A stretch of 64,000 bases of DNA. Source: Candidatus Aldehydirespiratoraceae bacterium (GTDB taxonomy: Bacteria > Actinomycetota > Acidimicrobiia > Acidimicrobiales > Aldehydirespiratoraceae). The notes under the pieces are model-generated. The model was given only the letters and a program-made list of their open reading frames with translations. It did no database searches and was not told the DNA's origin. This document shows positions 54,064 to 62,907 of the stretch, piece by piece; position 1 is the first letter of the stretch; the number at the start of each line of letters is the position of its first letter. The stretch is from positions 1,159,096 to 1,223,095 of the forward strand of contig OZ240616.1 in assembly GCA_965198315.1 (NCBI GenBank), in the 5' to 3' direction. The translations under genes were made by a program, and so were the position numbers.

Positions 54064-54956
54064 ACGGCAACGCAAAGTCGAGTTCGGACGGCACCGAGAT
54101 CTACGACCGGGGCTACCGCAAGTACGAGGGTGCCCGATCCGGTGTGGCCGGGGCAGTCCGTTCGTTGACTTGGCAGACGATTCGCAGCATCTTGGGCTTG
54201 GGTCGCCCCGCCCGTCACAAGGTCTTCCCGGTGATCATGGTGGTGATTGCGGTTGTGCCGGCTGTGGTCTTCGTGGGCTTCGCCGTACTGGCCCGTGATC
54301 TGGGACCGCCAGCCAACTATTCGGATCTGTTCGCTTACTCGGTTACTGCGATTCTGGTATTTACGGCGATGGTGGCTCCCGAGGCTCTGGTTCGCGACCG
54401 CCGCGACGGCATGTTCTCGTTGTACCTGTCGACACCACTGACTCGGGGTTCGTATGTGGGTGCCAAGGTCTTGGCTGTGCTGGCAGTGATGATGATCATC
54501 GCGCTCGGGCCGGTGCTGGTCGCCTTGCTGGGATACACAGTGGTGGGTCTCGGACCCGATGGAGCTGTGGAATGGTTCGGAGTATTCTTGAAATTGACTG
54601 CGGGCAGCTTGGTGATATCGGTTATCATGGCGGCGGTTTCAATGGCGGGTTCCAGCGTCACCGATCGCCGGGCTTTCGCGAGTGCCACAGTTGTTCTGGT
54701 GCTCTTGGGCGGGGCGATCGTCAGTGACGTCCTTGTAAACACAGCAGAGTACTCAGACGCATACGGACTTCTTGATCCTCTGGGCACGGCGGGTCATATG
54801 GCGACTCGGATCCTCGGGGAAACCCTCCCGGAAGGCCAGTCGGCGTCGGGGTTGTCGGAGGTTGACACGGGAGTGTTGGCTCTCGGTGCTGCGGCTTGGT
54901 TCGCTGCCGGTGCTGGCATTGTGGGCTACAAGTACCGAAACCTCGAGGCGACCTGA
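54060..54956 (+). CDS. ABC-2 type permease
   Basis: 298 aa. Six hydrophobic segments. ATGA overlap with the upstream ATPase. Confidence 0.7.
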   Translation: MNGNAKSSSDGTEIYDRGYRKYEGARSGVAGAVRSLTWQTIRSILGLGRPARHKVFPVIMVVIAVVPAVVFVGFAVLARDLGPPANYSDLFAYSVTAILVFTAMVAPEALVRDRRDGMFSLYLSTPLTRGSYVGAKVLAVLAVMMIIALGPVLVALLGYTVVGLGPDGAVEWFGVFLKLTAGSLVISVIMAAVSMAGSSVTDRRAFASATVVLVLLGGAIVSDVLVNTAEYSDAYGLLDPLGTAGHMATRILGETLPEGQSASGLSEVDTGVLALGAAAWFAAGAGIVGYKYRNLEAT

Positions 54957-55939
54957 TGGCTGTTTCTGAGTCTTCACCGGCCCCGCCTCCGGCCCCACCG
55001 CCGCCACCAAATCCGGCGACGGCGAGGCCGATCGTCGACGTGCAGAACGTCACCAAGGCATTCGGTGACGTGGTCGCCGTTTCCGACGTCAGTTTCACGG
55101 TGGGACCGGGTGTGACCTCTCTGCTCGGACCGAACGGAGCTGGCAAGTCAACGCTGTTTCGCATCCTGTGCGGCCTCACGCCTCCGTCGCGGGGCACCGT
55201 GAGGGTGCTCGGTGAGAATGCTCGCGAACATCGCAACGTGCGCGGCCGCATTGGACTCGCACCGCAACAAGATGCTCTTTGGGACCGTTTCTCGGCCTTT
55301 GAGTTCGTAGAACTAGCAGGCAAGACCCACGGAGTTCCCGACCCATCGGGCCAAACCCTCCAGAGTTTGGCATATGTCGATCTGGATCCCGAAGACCCCA
55401 AACGGATAGGTGCCTACTCCAAGGGGATGAGGCAGCGAGTGAAGCTGGCCGCAGCGCTGGTCAACGACCCGGACCTGTTGATCCTCGATGAACCGCTCAC
55501 TGGCCTTGATCCGGTTCAGCGCAACCGCATGATCAGCCTTTTTCATGACCTCGGCAACAGCGGCAAGTGCCTGCTGGTTTCGAGCCATGTGCTCGACGAG
55601 GTCGCACGGATCGGTTCCAGAGTGCTTGTGATCGCGCAGGGGCGACTGGTTGCGTCCGGGGACTACCGGCGTCTGCGGGAACTGATGGACGACCGCCCCC
55701 ATCGCATCAGGGTGCAGTCGGACGACTCTCGCAGGCTCGCCTCCGAGCTCATCGGACGCGGCCTGGTCGACGGGGCCTCTGTGCGGGAGAACACCGTGCT
55801 GATCGACACGCTCGACGTAGACCAGTTCGGTCGGAACATCGCTGCGATGTCGGCTGAACTCGGAATCCGACTCCGAGAGTTGGTCCCTACAGACGACGAC
55901 CTCGAATCCGTCTTCAGGTACCTGGTCGAGCGGCGATGA
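54956..55939 (+). CDS. ABC transporter ATP-binding protein with Pro-rich N-terminus
   Basis: ORF 54896..55939. ATG 54956 overlaps the upstream stop (TGATG). SPAPPPAPPPPPNP leader. GPNGAGKST, YSKGMRQRVKLAAA, LILDEPLTGLD. Confidence 0.85.
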   Translation: MAVSESSPAPPPAPPPPPNPATARPIVDVQNVTKAFGDVVAVSDVSFTVGPGVTSLLGPNGAGKSTLFRILCGLTPPSRGTVRVLGENAREHRNVRGRIGLAPQQDALWDRFSAFEFVELAGKTHGVPDPSGQTLQSLAYVDLDPEDPKRIGAYSKGMRQRVKLAAALVNDPDLLILDEPLTGLDPVQRNRMISLFHDLGNSGKCLLVSSHVLDEVARIGSRVLVIAQGRLVASGDYRRLRELMDDRPHRIRVQSDDSRRLASELIGRGLVDGASVRENTVLIDTLDVDQFGRNIAAMSAELGIRLRELVPTDDDLESVFRYLVERR

Positions 55940-56685
55940 ACAGCTACGTCTCTGCTCCGCGGGCCGTCGTGATCACGCATCGTCTGCTTGTCCGTCAGTT
56001 GCTCTCGAAGGGACGAGTCGTGGCCCTTCTCGGCGTCGGGGTCATCATCTCGTTGGTTGTGGCGCTGGTCTCACGCACCGTCGGCGACGACGAGCTGGCC
56101 TACGAAGCTCTCGAACTCGGCACCGCGTTGATGGCCAATCTGGGCTTCACGATTGTGGTTCCGATCGTGGCTCTGGTGTTCGCGGCAGCGGCATTCGGCG
56201 ACCTCAAAGAGGACGGCACACTGGTTTATTTGTGGTTGCGTCCGATGGACCGTTGGCCGATAGTCGTCGGAGCCTGGCTCGCCTCGGTCACCGTCAGCCT
56301 GCCTTTGACTCTCGTTCCCTTGACGGTGGCGGCCTTCATCGCCAATGTCGGGTCTGATTTGGTATGGGCCACGGTTTTGGCCTGTGTGGTGGGCAACCTC
56401 GCCTACTCCGCGGTGTTCATGCTGCTTGGCCTGCTGATCAAGAACTCCGTCGTGTGGGGTATCGGGTACATCCTCATATGGGAGGGCTTGGTGGCGGGAC
56501 TCGGCAGTGTGGGCGAGAGGCTCGCCATCCGCGGTTACACCCGGTCGATCATGGCCGAGCAGACAGGCGTCGACCTGTATCTCGGCAACCTTTCGTCGAC
56601 TACCGCTGTTGTTGTGCTGACACTCGCGGTGCTCGTTGCGTTTGTGCTGTCCAGCCTGCGTTTGCGGACAATGGACGTCGCCTAA
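55936..56685 (+). CDS. ABC-2 type permease
   Basis: 249 aa multi-TM protein. ATGA overlap with the upstream ATPase. Confidence 0.7.
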   Translation: MNSYVSAPRAVVITHRLLVRQLLSKGRVVALLGVGVIISLVVALVSRTVGDDELAYEALELGTALMANLGFTIVVPIVALVFAAAAFGDLKEDGTLVYLWLRPMDRWPIVVGAWLASVTVSLPLTLVPLTVAAFIANVGSDLVWATVLACVVGNLAYSAVFMLLGLLIKNSVVWGIGYILIWEGLVAGLGSVGERLAIRGYTRSIMAEQTGVDLYLGNLSSTTAVVVLTLAVLVAFVLSSLRLRTMDVA

Positions 56686-56690
56686 CCCCC

Positions 56691-56739
56691 GTTCTGGCGG
56701 TGTCATGCGTCGGAAACCGACCCATTGCACCGCCAGAAC
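56691..56739. terminator. perfect 12-bp inverted repeat with 25-nt loop between convergent genes
   Basis: GTTCTGGCGGTG (56691-56702) ... CACCGCCAGAAC (56728-56739). Lies between the permease stop (56685) and the echA stop (56755). Confidence 0.5.
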
Positions 56740-56754
56740 GCAACCGGTGGGCGC

Positions 56755-57537
56755 TCAGCGGCCGGTGAACTCAGCTTTGCCGGGACCGTTCTGCAAGAAG
56801 CTCTGCACGCCAATGACGCAGTCTTCGGTGTCGAAGCAGTCGGCGAACAGTTCCGACTCGATCTTGACCGCTTCGTCGAGGGGAAGGTGGTAACCGCTCA
56901 GTACAGCAGCCTTGGCCTGTCGCAGTGACGCTGGACCGGCGGCATAGCCCTGGGCCATCTTGATCGCCTCTGCTTGTACAACGTCTGGTTCGAAGATCGC
57001 CGAGATCAGATTGCAGGCCAGGGCCTCTTCGGCGCCGATCGCACGGCCCGAATACACCAGATCCTTGGCCTTGGTGACGCCGGCCAACCGGGCCAGCCGT
57101 TGGGTGGCCCCACCGCCTGGGATGATCCCTAGCAGAACTTCGGGGTTCCCGAGTTGGGCGTTGCTGGCGGCCACCCGAAAGTCGGTTGCGAGGGCGAGTT
57201 CGAGTCCGCCGCCGAGTGCGAAGCCGTTGATCGCGCTGACGGTGATCTGCGGGAGTCCTTCGATGGCCAGTGCGGTGGCGTTGAACTGTTGGGAGAAGGC
57301 GAGTGCGTCGTCGCGGTCAAAGGTTGGGAACCGTTCTATGTCGGCACCCGCCGCGAAATGGCGGGGTCCACCGGTCAACACCGCCGCCCGAATCTCGCTG
57401 TCGTCGGACAGGGTGTTGCAGATGGCACTGAGTTCGTCGAGCATCGCTTCGTTGACGGCGTTCACTTTTCCACGGTCGAGGCGGATTATGGCGACCCCGG
57501 TCTCGGTGTCGCGTTCGAGTTGGACTACTGAAGACAT
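56755..57537 (-). CDS. enoyl-CoA hydratase/isomerase (crotonase) family protein
   Basis: ORF track 260 aa. KVNAVNEAML, FAAGADI, INGFALGGGLELALATD. Confidence 0.88.
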   Translation of the reverse strand: MSSVVQLERDTETGVAIIRLDRGKVNAVNEAMLDELSAICNTLSDDSEIRAAVLTGGPRHFAAGADIERFPTFDRDDALAFSQQFNATALAIEGLPQITVSAINGFALGGGLELALATDFRVAASNAQLGNPEVLLGIIPGGGATQRLARLAGVTKAKDLVYSGRAIGAEEALACNLISAIFEPDVVQAEAIKMAQGYAAGPASLRQAKAAVLSGYHLPLDEAVKIESELFADCFDTEDCVIGVQSFLQNGPGKAEFTGR

Positions 57538-57649
57538 AAACCGAAACGTTATCCGCCGATCCAGAATTCAGAGGAACGATGGGGCGTTTCGGGCGCGAAG
57601 CTGCAAGACTCCTAGCCCTGAGCTAATCGATCAGCCGCTGGGGGAATCA

Positions 57650-58666
57650 ATGTCGACGGTAACCGTGCTCATGCCGCACGAATCGATTGAAGTAGAGGGA
57701 CAATGTGTCGATGATTTGGTGCTCGTTGACCGATCATCGCTAACCGAAGTTCTCGGCTGGGAGCTGAAACCTCAAGGTCTGTGTCGAGAAAGCGAGTGCA
57801 TTCCGGTCACCGAGAGCGACCTGCTACACGCTGACTGCGTTGATCTTAGCGCCGCTGCGTCAGCCGTCGGCGTCACTTCCATGCTTGCAGACGACACCGA
57901 TCTTGTCGCTTTGAGCGTGCCGTCCCGGGCCCGCAGCGACGCGCTCACCCGACGTCGTGCCCCCAATTTTGTGCTGCCTGACCTCGACGGGGAGGATCAC
58001 TCCTTGGAGCAGTTTGAAGGCCGGAAACGGCTGTTGGTGGCTTTCGCAAGTTGGTGAGGTTGCGGATATGAACTGCCCGGGTGGCAGGCACTCAACGATG
58101 AACTGAGCGACAGTAATTTCACGGTGATCGGGGTTGCGCTCGACGAGTCAGCCGACCATGTTCGACCCTTAACCGAGGGTATTTCGTTTCCCGTGCTGCT
58201 CGATCGAGACCACGTCCTCGCCGAGCTCTACGCCGTCAGCAATGTGCCCACGGTGATTTGGATCGATGAAGACGGTGCGATTGCCCGTCCCAACTCAGCC
58301 GAGGTTGGCACCGACATGTTCCTCAAATTCACGGGTGTGCGCCCTGAACAGCACATGGACCAGGTACGGGAGTGGGTGCAGTCTGGAACGCTTCCCGCAG
58401 ACGCAGCCACGGAGATTCCTGATCTCAACGCTGAGGAGATCGAGGCTCGCCTGGCTTTTAGGATTGCTGTTCATCTGCGTCGTTTGGGTGAACCGTCAGC
58501 GGCCGATTGGTTCGCGACGGCCGTCGAACTCGCCCCTTTGGATTTCACAGTGCGCCGGGCGGCCATGCCTCTGCAAGACCTCAATCCCTTCGGGGAGCAG
58601 TTCTTCGAGTTTTTCGCTGAGTGGAACGACGCCGGCCGCCCCTACCACGGCATCCCCCGCAGCTAA
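57650..58666 (+). CDS. TlpA/ResA-like thioredoxin-fold protein with in-frame TGA (58055-58057) at the active-site Cys position; candidate selenoprotein (alternatively a nonsense pseudogene)
   Basis: ATG 57650 follows GGGGGAA. Track ORFs 56960..58057 and 58124..58666 share one frame, with 22 sense codons between the TGA and GTG 58124. Read-through junction: [28 protein letters not shown]...[11 protein letters not shown]...NVPTVIWIDEDG. Confidence 0.6.
58073..58087 (+). promoter_or_regulatory. SECIS-like hairpin downstream of the in-frame TGA
   Basis: CTGCC-CGGGT-GGCAG. The stem starts 15 nt after the TGA. The loop (20 nt after the TGA) contains GGU. A possible 2-bp extension (G70-C89, T69-A90) lies across an internal loop. 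Confidence 0.3.
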
Positions 58667-58677
58667 CGACATCTCCG

Positions 58678-58724
58678 AAATCTGCGCGTTCAGCTACAAG
58701 ATATGTGACTAGACGCGCAGATTT
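58678..58724. terminator. perfect 12-bp inverted repeat with 23-nt loop between convergent genes
   Basis: AAATCTGCGCGT (58678-58689) ... ACGCGCAGATTT (58713-58724). Lies between the redoxin stop (58666) and the thiolase stop (58738). Confidence 0.5.
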
Positions 58725-58737
58725 GCCGAGAACCGCG

Positions 58738-60252
58738 CTAGAGGCTGAAGGTTCCAGAGGTGACTTCGATTGGCTGACCGACGCATTCGACCTCCGTGCA
58801 GGCGCGCATGAGACTTGGGTCGGTGCTTGTGGCCCAGGTCCGGGTGCCGTTGGCGAAGCGAACCAGGCCGATGGCTCGCAGTGGGCCTTGGCGGTCGTAG
58901 GTGACTGTCACTCCGTCGAGTGTTGCCACGCCGCTTGTGTCCGGGTCGGCGGCTTGCCGGATAGGCGCATTGTGTTCGATGGTCTTGGTTTGGTGGGGTT
59001 GGTCTGGTGGCGTCGTCGAGTAGGTGGCGAGCGCGTGTTTGGATACGTGGCCTCCGTTTCCCTGAACAAAGCCCACAGATCCGGGCTCAGCGCGGAGTCG
59101 ACGGACCATGCCGATGACGCTCTCACCTGCGGCGAAGTTGAGCGGAGCGCCCGCAAAGGCCAGCCCTCCGGTCACCGTGAGCGCGCGATCAGTGCTGATT
59201 CCCAGAACTTCAGTGGTGAGCGCCACCATCGAGGGGAAGCACGAGTAGAGGTCAAGGTGCTCAACCTCGTCGAGGTCGCCGATCGTCGTCTGTAGCGCTT
59301 CCCCCGCGGCAGCAAGGCCCGGGGCGGTAGGTACTTCATATCGGCCGATAAGGCTGGCGGTGTCGCTCGATAGCACACACTGCTGCGGGTACACCCGTTG
59401 ATCGATGCTGACGCCCAGCCGGTCTGCGGCTTCGACGCTGGCGATCACGATGGCGCCGCCGTGATCGACGTTGTTGTTGGCGCACATCGCCTTCGTGTAA
59501 GGCCAGCTCACGAAGCGGTTGTTGTTGCTGGCCCCGCGAATCTGCGCCGCGGTCATGCCTTGGCGATCAGCTGCGTATGGATTGTCGACGGCGGTTGCCG
59601 CGTAACCGGCCCAGAGCGAAGCAGATCGCTCTCTGGACTCTTGGAGGGTCTCGCCTCGACGGTGGCGCAGGGCGCTGTCAAAGACCGCGTAACTGTTGCG
59701 GGGCATCTCTGCGCCCCTTTCGATGGCGGCGGCGTCGCCCATGTCGAGCGGAGGCCCAAAGTTCTCCACCGTGCTCGTGTCGGTTTCTTCACGGCGTGCA
59801 ATTTTGATCCCGAGCTTCCTTTGCGCCCGTCGCGACAGGTTGTTCTCCCCGCAGGTCATCACTGCGATTTCAATTTCTCCAGCGCAAATCCGATCGGCTA
59901 GCGCGCCAAGCAGATGAATCGGCATCTGCCCACCGAACGAAGAATGAATGGTTCGTGAAAGTGTGATCCCACACTCGTGCGCGACCAAAGCAGCCGGGTC
60001 TCGGTGGCGCCACAATCCGCCGACCACAGCCATCGTGTCGACCGCTGAGCGCCAATCGCCGGTCCCACAGTCAGCCAAAGCAATCTCAACAGCTTCTGCC
60101 ATCAACGTCACCGAGTCTGCCGCTTCGGCGATCTCATTGTCGGCGGCAAGAAATCGGGCTATCTGTCCAACCCCAACAATGACAGGCGTACGAGGGTCTA
60201 CTTTCACACGGCAATTATTACCAGCACCCGGCTCGGAGATAGCGTTGGGCAT
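58738..60252 (-). CDS. thiolase-like (SCP-x/acetyl-CoA acetyltransferase family) protein with C-terminal extension
   Basis: ORF 58738..60537. Plausible starts are ATG 60252 (MPNAISEP) or GTG 60207 (VKVDPRTPVIVGVGQ). Thiolase-like core (VIVGVGQIA, AVMTCGENN, LDLYSCFP, GGLAFAGAP). Confidence 0.75.
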   Translation of the reverse strand: MPNAISEPGAGNNCRVKVDPRTPVIVGVGQIARFLAADNEIAEAADSVTLMAEAVEIALADCGTGDWRSAVDTMAVVGGLWRHRDPAALVAHECGITLSRTIHSSFGGQMPIHLLGALADRICAGEIEIAVMTCGENNLSRRAQRKLGIKIARREETDTSTVENFGPPLDMGDAAAIERGAEMPRNSYAVFDSALRHRRGETLQESRERSASLWAGYAATAVDNPYAADRQGMTAAQIRGASNNNRFVSWPYTKAMCANNNVDHGGAIVIASVEAADRLGVSIDQRVYPQQCVLSSDTASLIGRYEVPTAPGLAAAGEALQTTIGDLDEVEHLDLYSCFPSMVALTTEVLGISTDRALTVTGGLAFAGAPLNFAAGESVIGMVRRLRAEPGSVGFVQGNGGHVSKHALATYSTTPPDQPHQTKTIEHNAPIRQAADPDTSGVATLDGVTVTYDRQGPLRAIGLVRFANGTRTWATSTDPSLMRACTEVECVGQPIEVTSGTFSL

Positions 60253-61054
60253 GGCTGTTAACCCACAGAGTATTCTGTTGACTGATCGAGTGGCGGTGGT
60301 GACTGGTGCCGGACAAGGCATCGGAGAAGCCACGGCGCTGGCGCTGGCACGCTTTGGCGCCGATGTTGCTGTCTGCGACATGCACGGCGACAGGTTGCCG
60401 TCGGTGAAGGCCGCTATTGAACAAACGGGTCGACGCTGCCACGCGACCGAACTCGACGTACGTGACGCCGACGGTGTTGACCGATGGCTCGGCAATGTCG
60501 TCGAAGAACTCGGCTTAATCGATGTGTTGGTCAACAACGCCGGGGGAGGGTTTCATTCGCTGTATTCGGGGGTGTCGCCCAAAGGTGAAGGTGTGTTGAT
60601 AGCGGAGAACTTCTCTACTGTCAGCAACTGTGTGCGCTACGGAGTTGATCGCATGAACGATGGCGCTTCGATAATCAACGTGACCTCCGTCGAGGCATAT
60701 CACGCCGCTCCTGGTTTCGCGGTCTATGCGGCGATGAAGGCTGCTGTAGAGCAGTTCACTCAGTCGCTCGCCCTCGAATTGGGTGGCCGCGGCATTCGGG
60801 TCAACTGCATCGCGCCAGACATGACCCCGACTCCTGGCGACCGGAGTCTGTCTGAGGCTAGTAGCGCCAAGATCGACGGAATGGCACCGACTCCGCTGCG
60901 TCGCATGGGATCGACCGACGAGAACGCCGCGGTGGTTGTCTTCCTGGCTTCCGACATGGCGAGTTTCGTTACGGGATCGTCGATTCCTGTAGATGGCGGC
61001 ACTATCGCTGCGGCCGCCTGGAAAGTTAGGGACAATGGCACCTTCGCCATGTGA
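60251..61054 (+). CDS. SDR family oxidoreductase (FabG-like)
   Basis: ORF 59948..61054. ATG 60251 gives MAVNPQSILLTDRVAVVTGAGQGIG. NNAGG. YAAMKAAV (YxxxK). Confidence 0.85.
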   Translation: MAVNPQSILLTDRVAVVTGAGQGIGEATALALARFGADVAVCDMHGDRLPSVKAAIEQTGRRCHATELDVRDADGVDRWLGNVVEELGLIDVLVNNAGGGFHSLYSGVSPKGEGVLIAENFSTVSNCVRYGVDRMNDGASIINVTSVEAYHAAPGFAVYAAMKAAVEQFTQSLALELGGRGIRVNCIAPDMTPTPGDRSLSEASSAKIDGMAPTPLRRMGSTDENAAVVVFLASDMASFVTGSSIPVDGGTIAAAAWKVRDNGTFAM

Positions 61055-61102
61055 ACGAGCGCTGCAGAGCATCGGCGGTAGTGGATCAGCAGGAGGCTGG
61101 AA

Positions 61103-62062
61103 ATGACTGAAACGGATCGGTATCGAGACCAAGATGTGACCTACGCCGGGCGACCCGGCGAGAACATGGTCATCAGATCGGCGAATCCGACCAACTATTT
61201 CCAGGCAGTCACCGCCCCCGAATCCTGCGAACCGATCGACATCGACGCGAAGCTCTTCCTGCCCTCACAGCAGAGTCCGTCGCCTGCGGTAATCCTCGCG
61301 CCGGGCAGCCTTGGAGTCGGCGAGAACATAGAAGCTCATGCTGCCGCGCTCCTCGACGAGGGTTTCGCGGTGTGTGTGATCGATCCGTTCGCCGCGCGGA
61401 CAGTTTCATCGACGGTTGCCAACCAGACTCAGTTCAGTTTCGCGGCGAGCGCGTTCGATGTGGTCGCAACTCTCGTTGCGTTGCAGCAGCGTTCAGAGAT
61501 CGACCCTGCCCGAATTGCCGCGCAAGGGCACAGCAGGGGTGGTGCCGCGGTGCTGATCGCGGCGTGTCGCCAATTTGCTGATGCGGTGGGTTCCCCTGAT
61601 GCCTCCTTTGCGGCGGTCTATGCCGTCTACCCCTGGTGCGGCCATCAGTTCCGCGAACCGCGGGTAGGGGCGACGCGGGTGCGGGCAATTGCTGCAGATC
61701 AAGATGAGTGGTGCTCGGTGCAGGAGATTCAGGGACAGATCAACGCCATGCGGATGGGTGGCGCGGACGCCGAGGTTCGTGTCGTGGTAGGGGCCCATCA
61801 CAGCTTCGACCGAGTTGAGGCACCCAATGTCATTGCTGAGGCACGCGTCGCCCGAAGCGCTCCCACCGTCATGCTCGACAACGACGGTGCGATGTTCGAC
61901 CCGCGAACCGGCCAAGCGGACCCGTCGCTCGTTGACTTCGATCTGTTCGTGTTCGCGCTGAAACAGGGGTTCGGGACCAGCGGCGCCACCATCGGCAGCC
62001 TCGAGGGTCAACCTGAACTGTTCACCGCGGACATGCTCGAGTTCCACCGACAACTTCTCTGA
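61103..62062 (+). CDS. dienelactone hydrolase-like alpha/beta hydrolase
   Basis: ORF track 319 aa. AQGHSRGG nucleophile elbow and later conserved D/H. DLH-like layout. Confidence 0.65.
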   Translation: MTETDRYRDQDVTYAGRPGENMVIRSANPTNYFQAVTAPESCEPIDIDAKLFLPSQQSPSPAVILAPGSLGVGENIEAHAAALLDEGFAVCVIDPFAARTVSSTVANQTQFSFAASAFDVVATLVALQQRSEIDPARIAAQGHSRGGAAVLIAACRQFADAVGSPDASFAAVYAVYPWCGHQFREPRVGATRVRAIAADQDEWCSVQEIQGQINAMRMGGADAEVRVVVGAHHSFDRVEAPNVIAEARVARSAPTVMLDNDGAMFDPRTGQADPSLVDFDLFVFALKQGFGTSGATIGSLEGQPELFTADMLEFHRQLL

Positions 62063-62076
62063 GCGCAGGACTCAGG

Positions 62077-62901
62077 TCAGCGCACCGCGGCGAGGATTTC
62101 AGTGGCGGCGCGTCGGGGGTCCTCGAGGGGACCGAAGTGGGTGTTGTCGGGCCAGACCACGCTGCGAGCGTTGGGCAACTGATCGGTTATCTGCTCAGCG
62201 ACGCTCGAGGGGGGACCCCCGTCTTGAGAGGTGGCGACCGTGAACGGCGCGGCCACTGATCGGAGTTGCTCGAACAGTTCAAGGTCGACCCCTTCGAAGA
62301 GGCGCGCCTCGGTTTCTCCGGAGGTCTTCAGGGTTATACCGGTGTCGGTCTGAAAGAAGCCATCGGCCACGTAGTCTCTGATGACGTTGCGGCTGACCAG
62401 CGCAAATGGTGCCGCTTGTGTGTACCGCTCGATGGCTTCGTCGAACGAATCGAAATCGTGTCGACGAAGGCGTGCAGACTCGGCGAGTCTGTTGCCGCGG
62501 TCAGCCGCGGTTACCGCGCTCGGCGGAAAAATCACCGGTTCGAACACCCAGGCCGCCGAGACCAGACCAGGATGCAACAGGGCGGTTTTGGCGGCCACTG
62601 CACCGCCCATTGAATGCCCGGCAACCGCCCAAGAATCAACGCCGAGATATTCGCTGACCGCCAGAACATCGTCGGCCATTGAAGCCCAGCCGAGGTCCGT
62701 GTCAACCGGTGTGATCGAGTCGCCGTGTCCCCGCAGATCCGGTGCCCAGATATGGAAGTGATCTTGGAGCTGCTCGGCTATGGCGCGGTAGCAACGGCCG
62801 TGGAAACCAGTTGCGTGCAATATCAGCAACGGTGGGCCGTTGCCTCCGAGGTCGTGCAGCGCAACGCCGACACCGTCGCTGGAATCGATCAGGGCTGTCA
62901 C
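62077..62901 (-). CDS. alpha/beta hydrolase
   Basis: ORF track 274 aa. LLILHATGFHG, VAGHSMGGAVA (GxSxG). Confidence 0.8.
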   Translation of the reverse strand: MTALIDSSDGVGVALHDLGGNGPPLLILHATGFHGRCYRAIAEQLQDHFHIWAPDLRGHGDSITPVDTDLGWASMADDVLAVSEYLGVDSWAVAGHSMGGAVAAKTALLHPGLVSAAWVFEPVIFPPSAVTAADRGNRLAESARLRRHDFDSFDEAIERYTQAAPFALVSRNVIRDYVADGFFQTDTGITLKTSGETEARLFEGVDLELFEQLRSVAAPFTVATSQDGGPPSSVAEQITDQLPNARSVVWPDNTHFGPLEDPRRAATEILAAVR

Positions 62902-62907
62902 GGTGGT

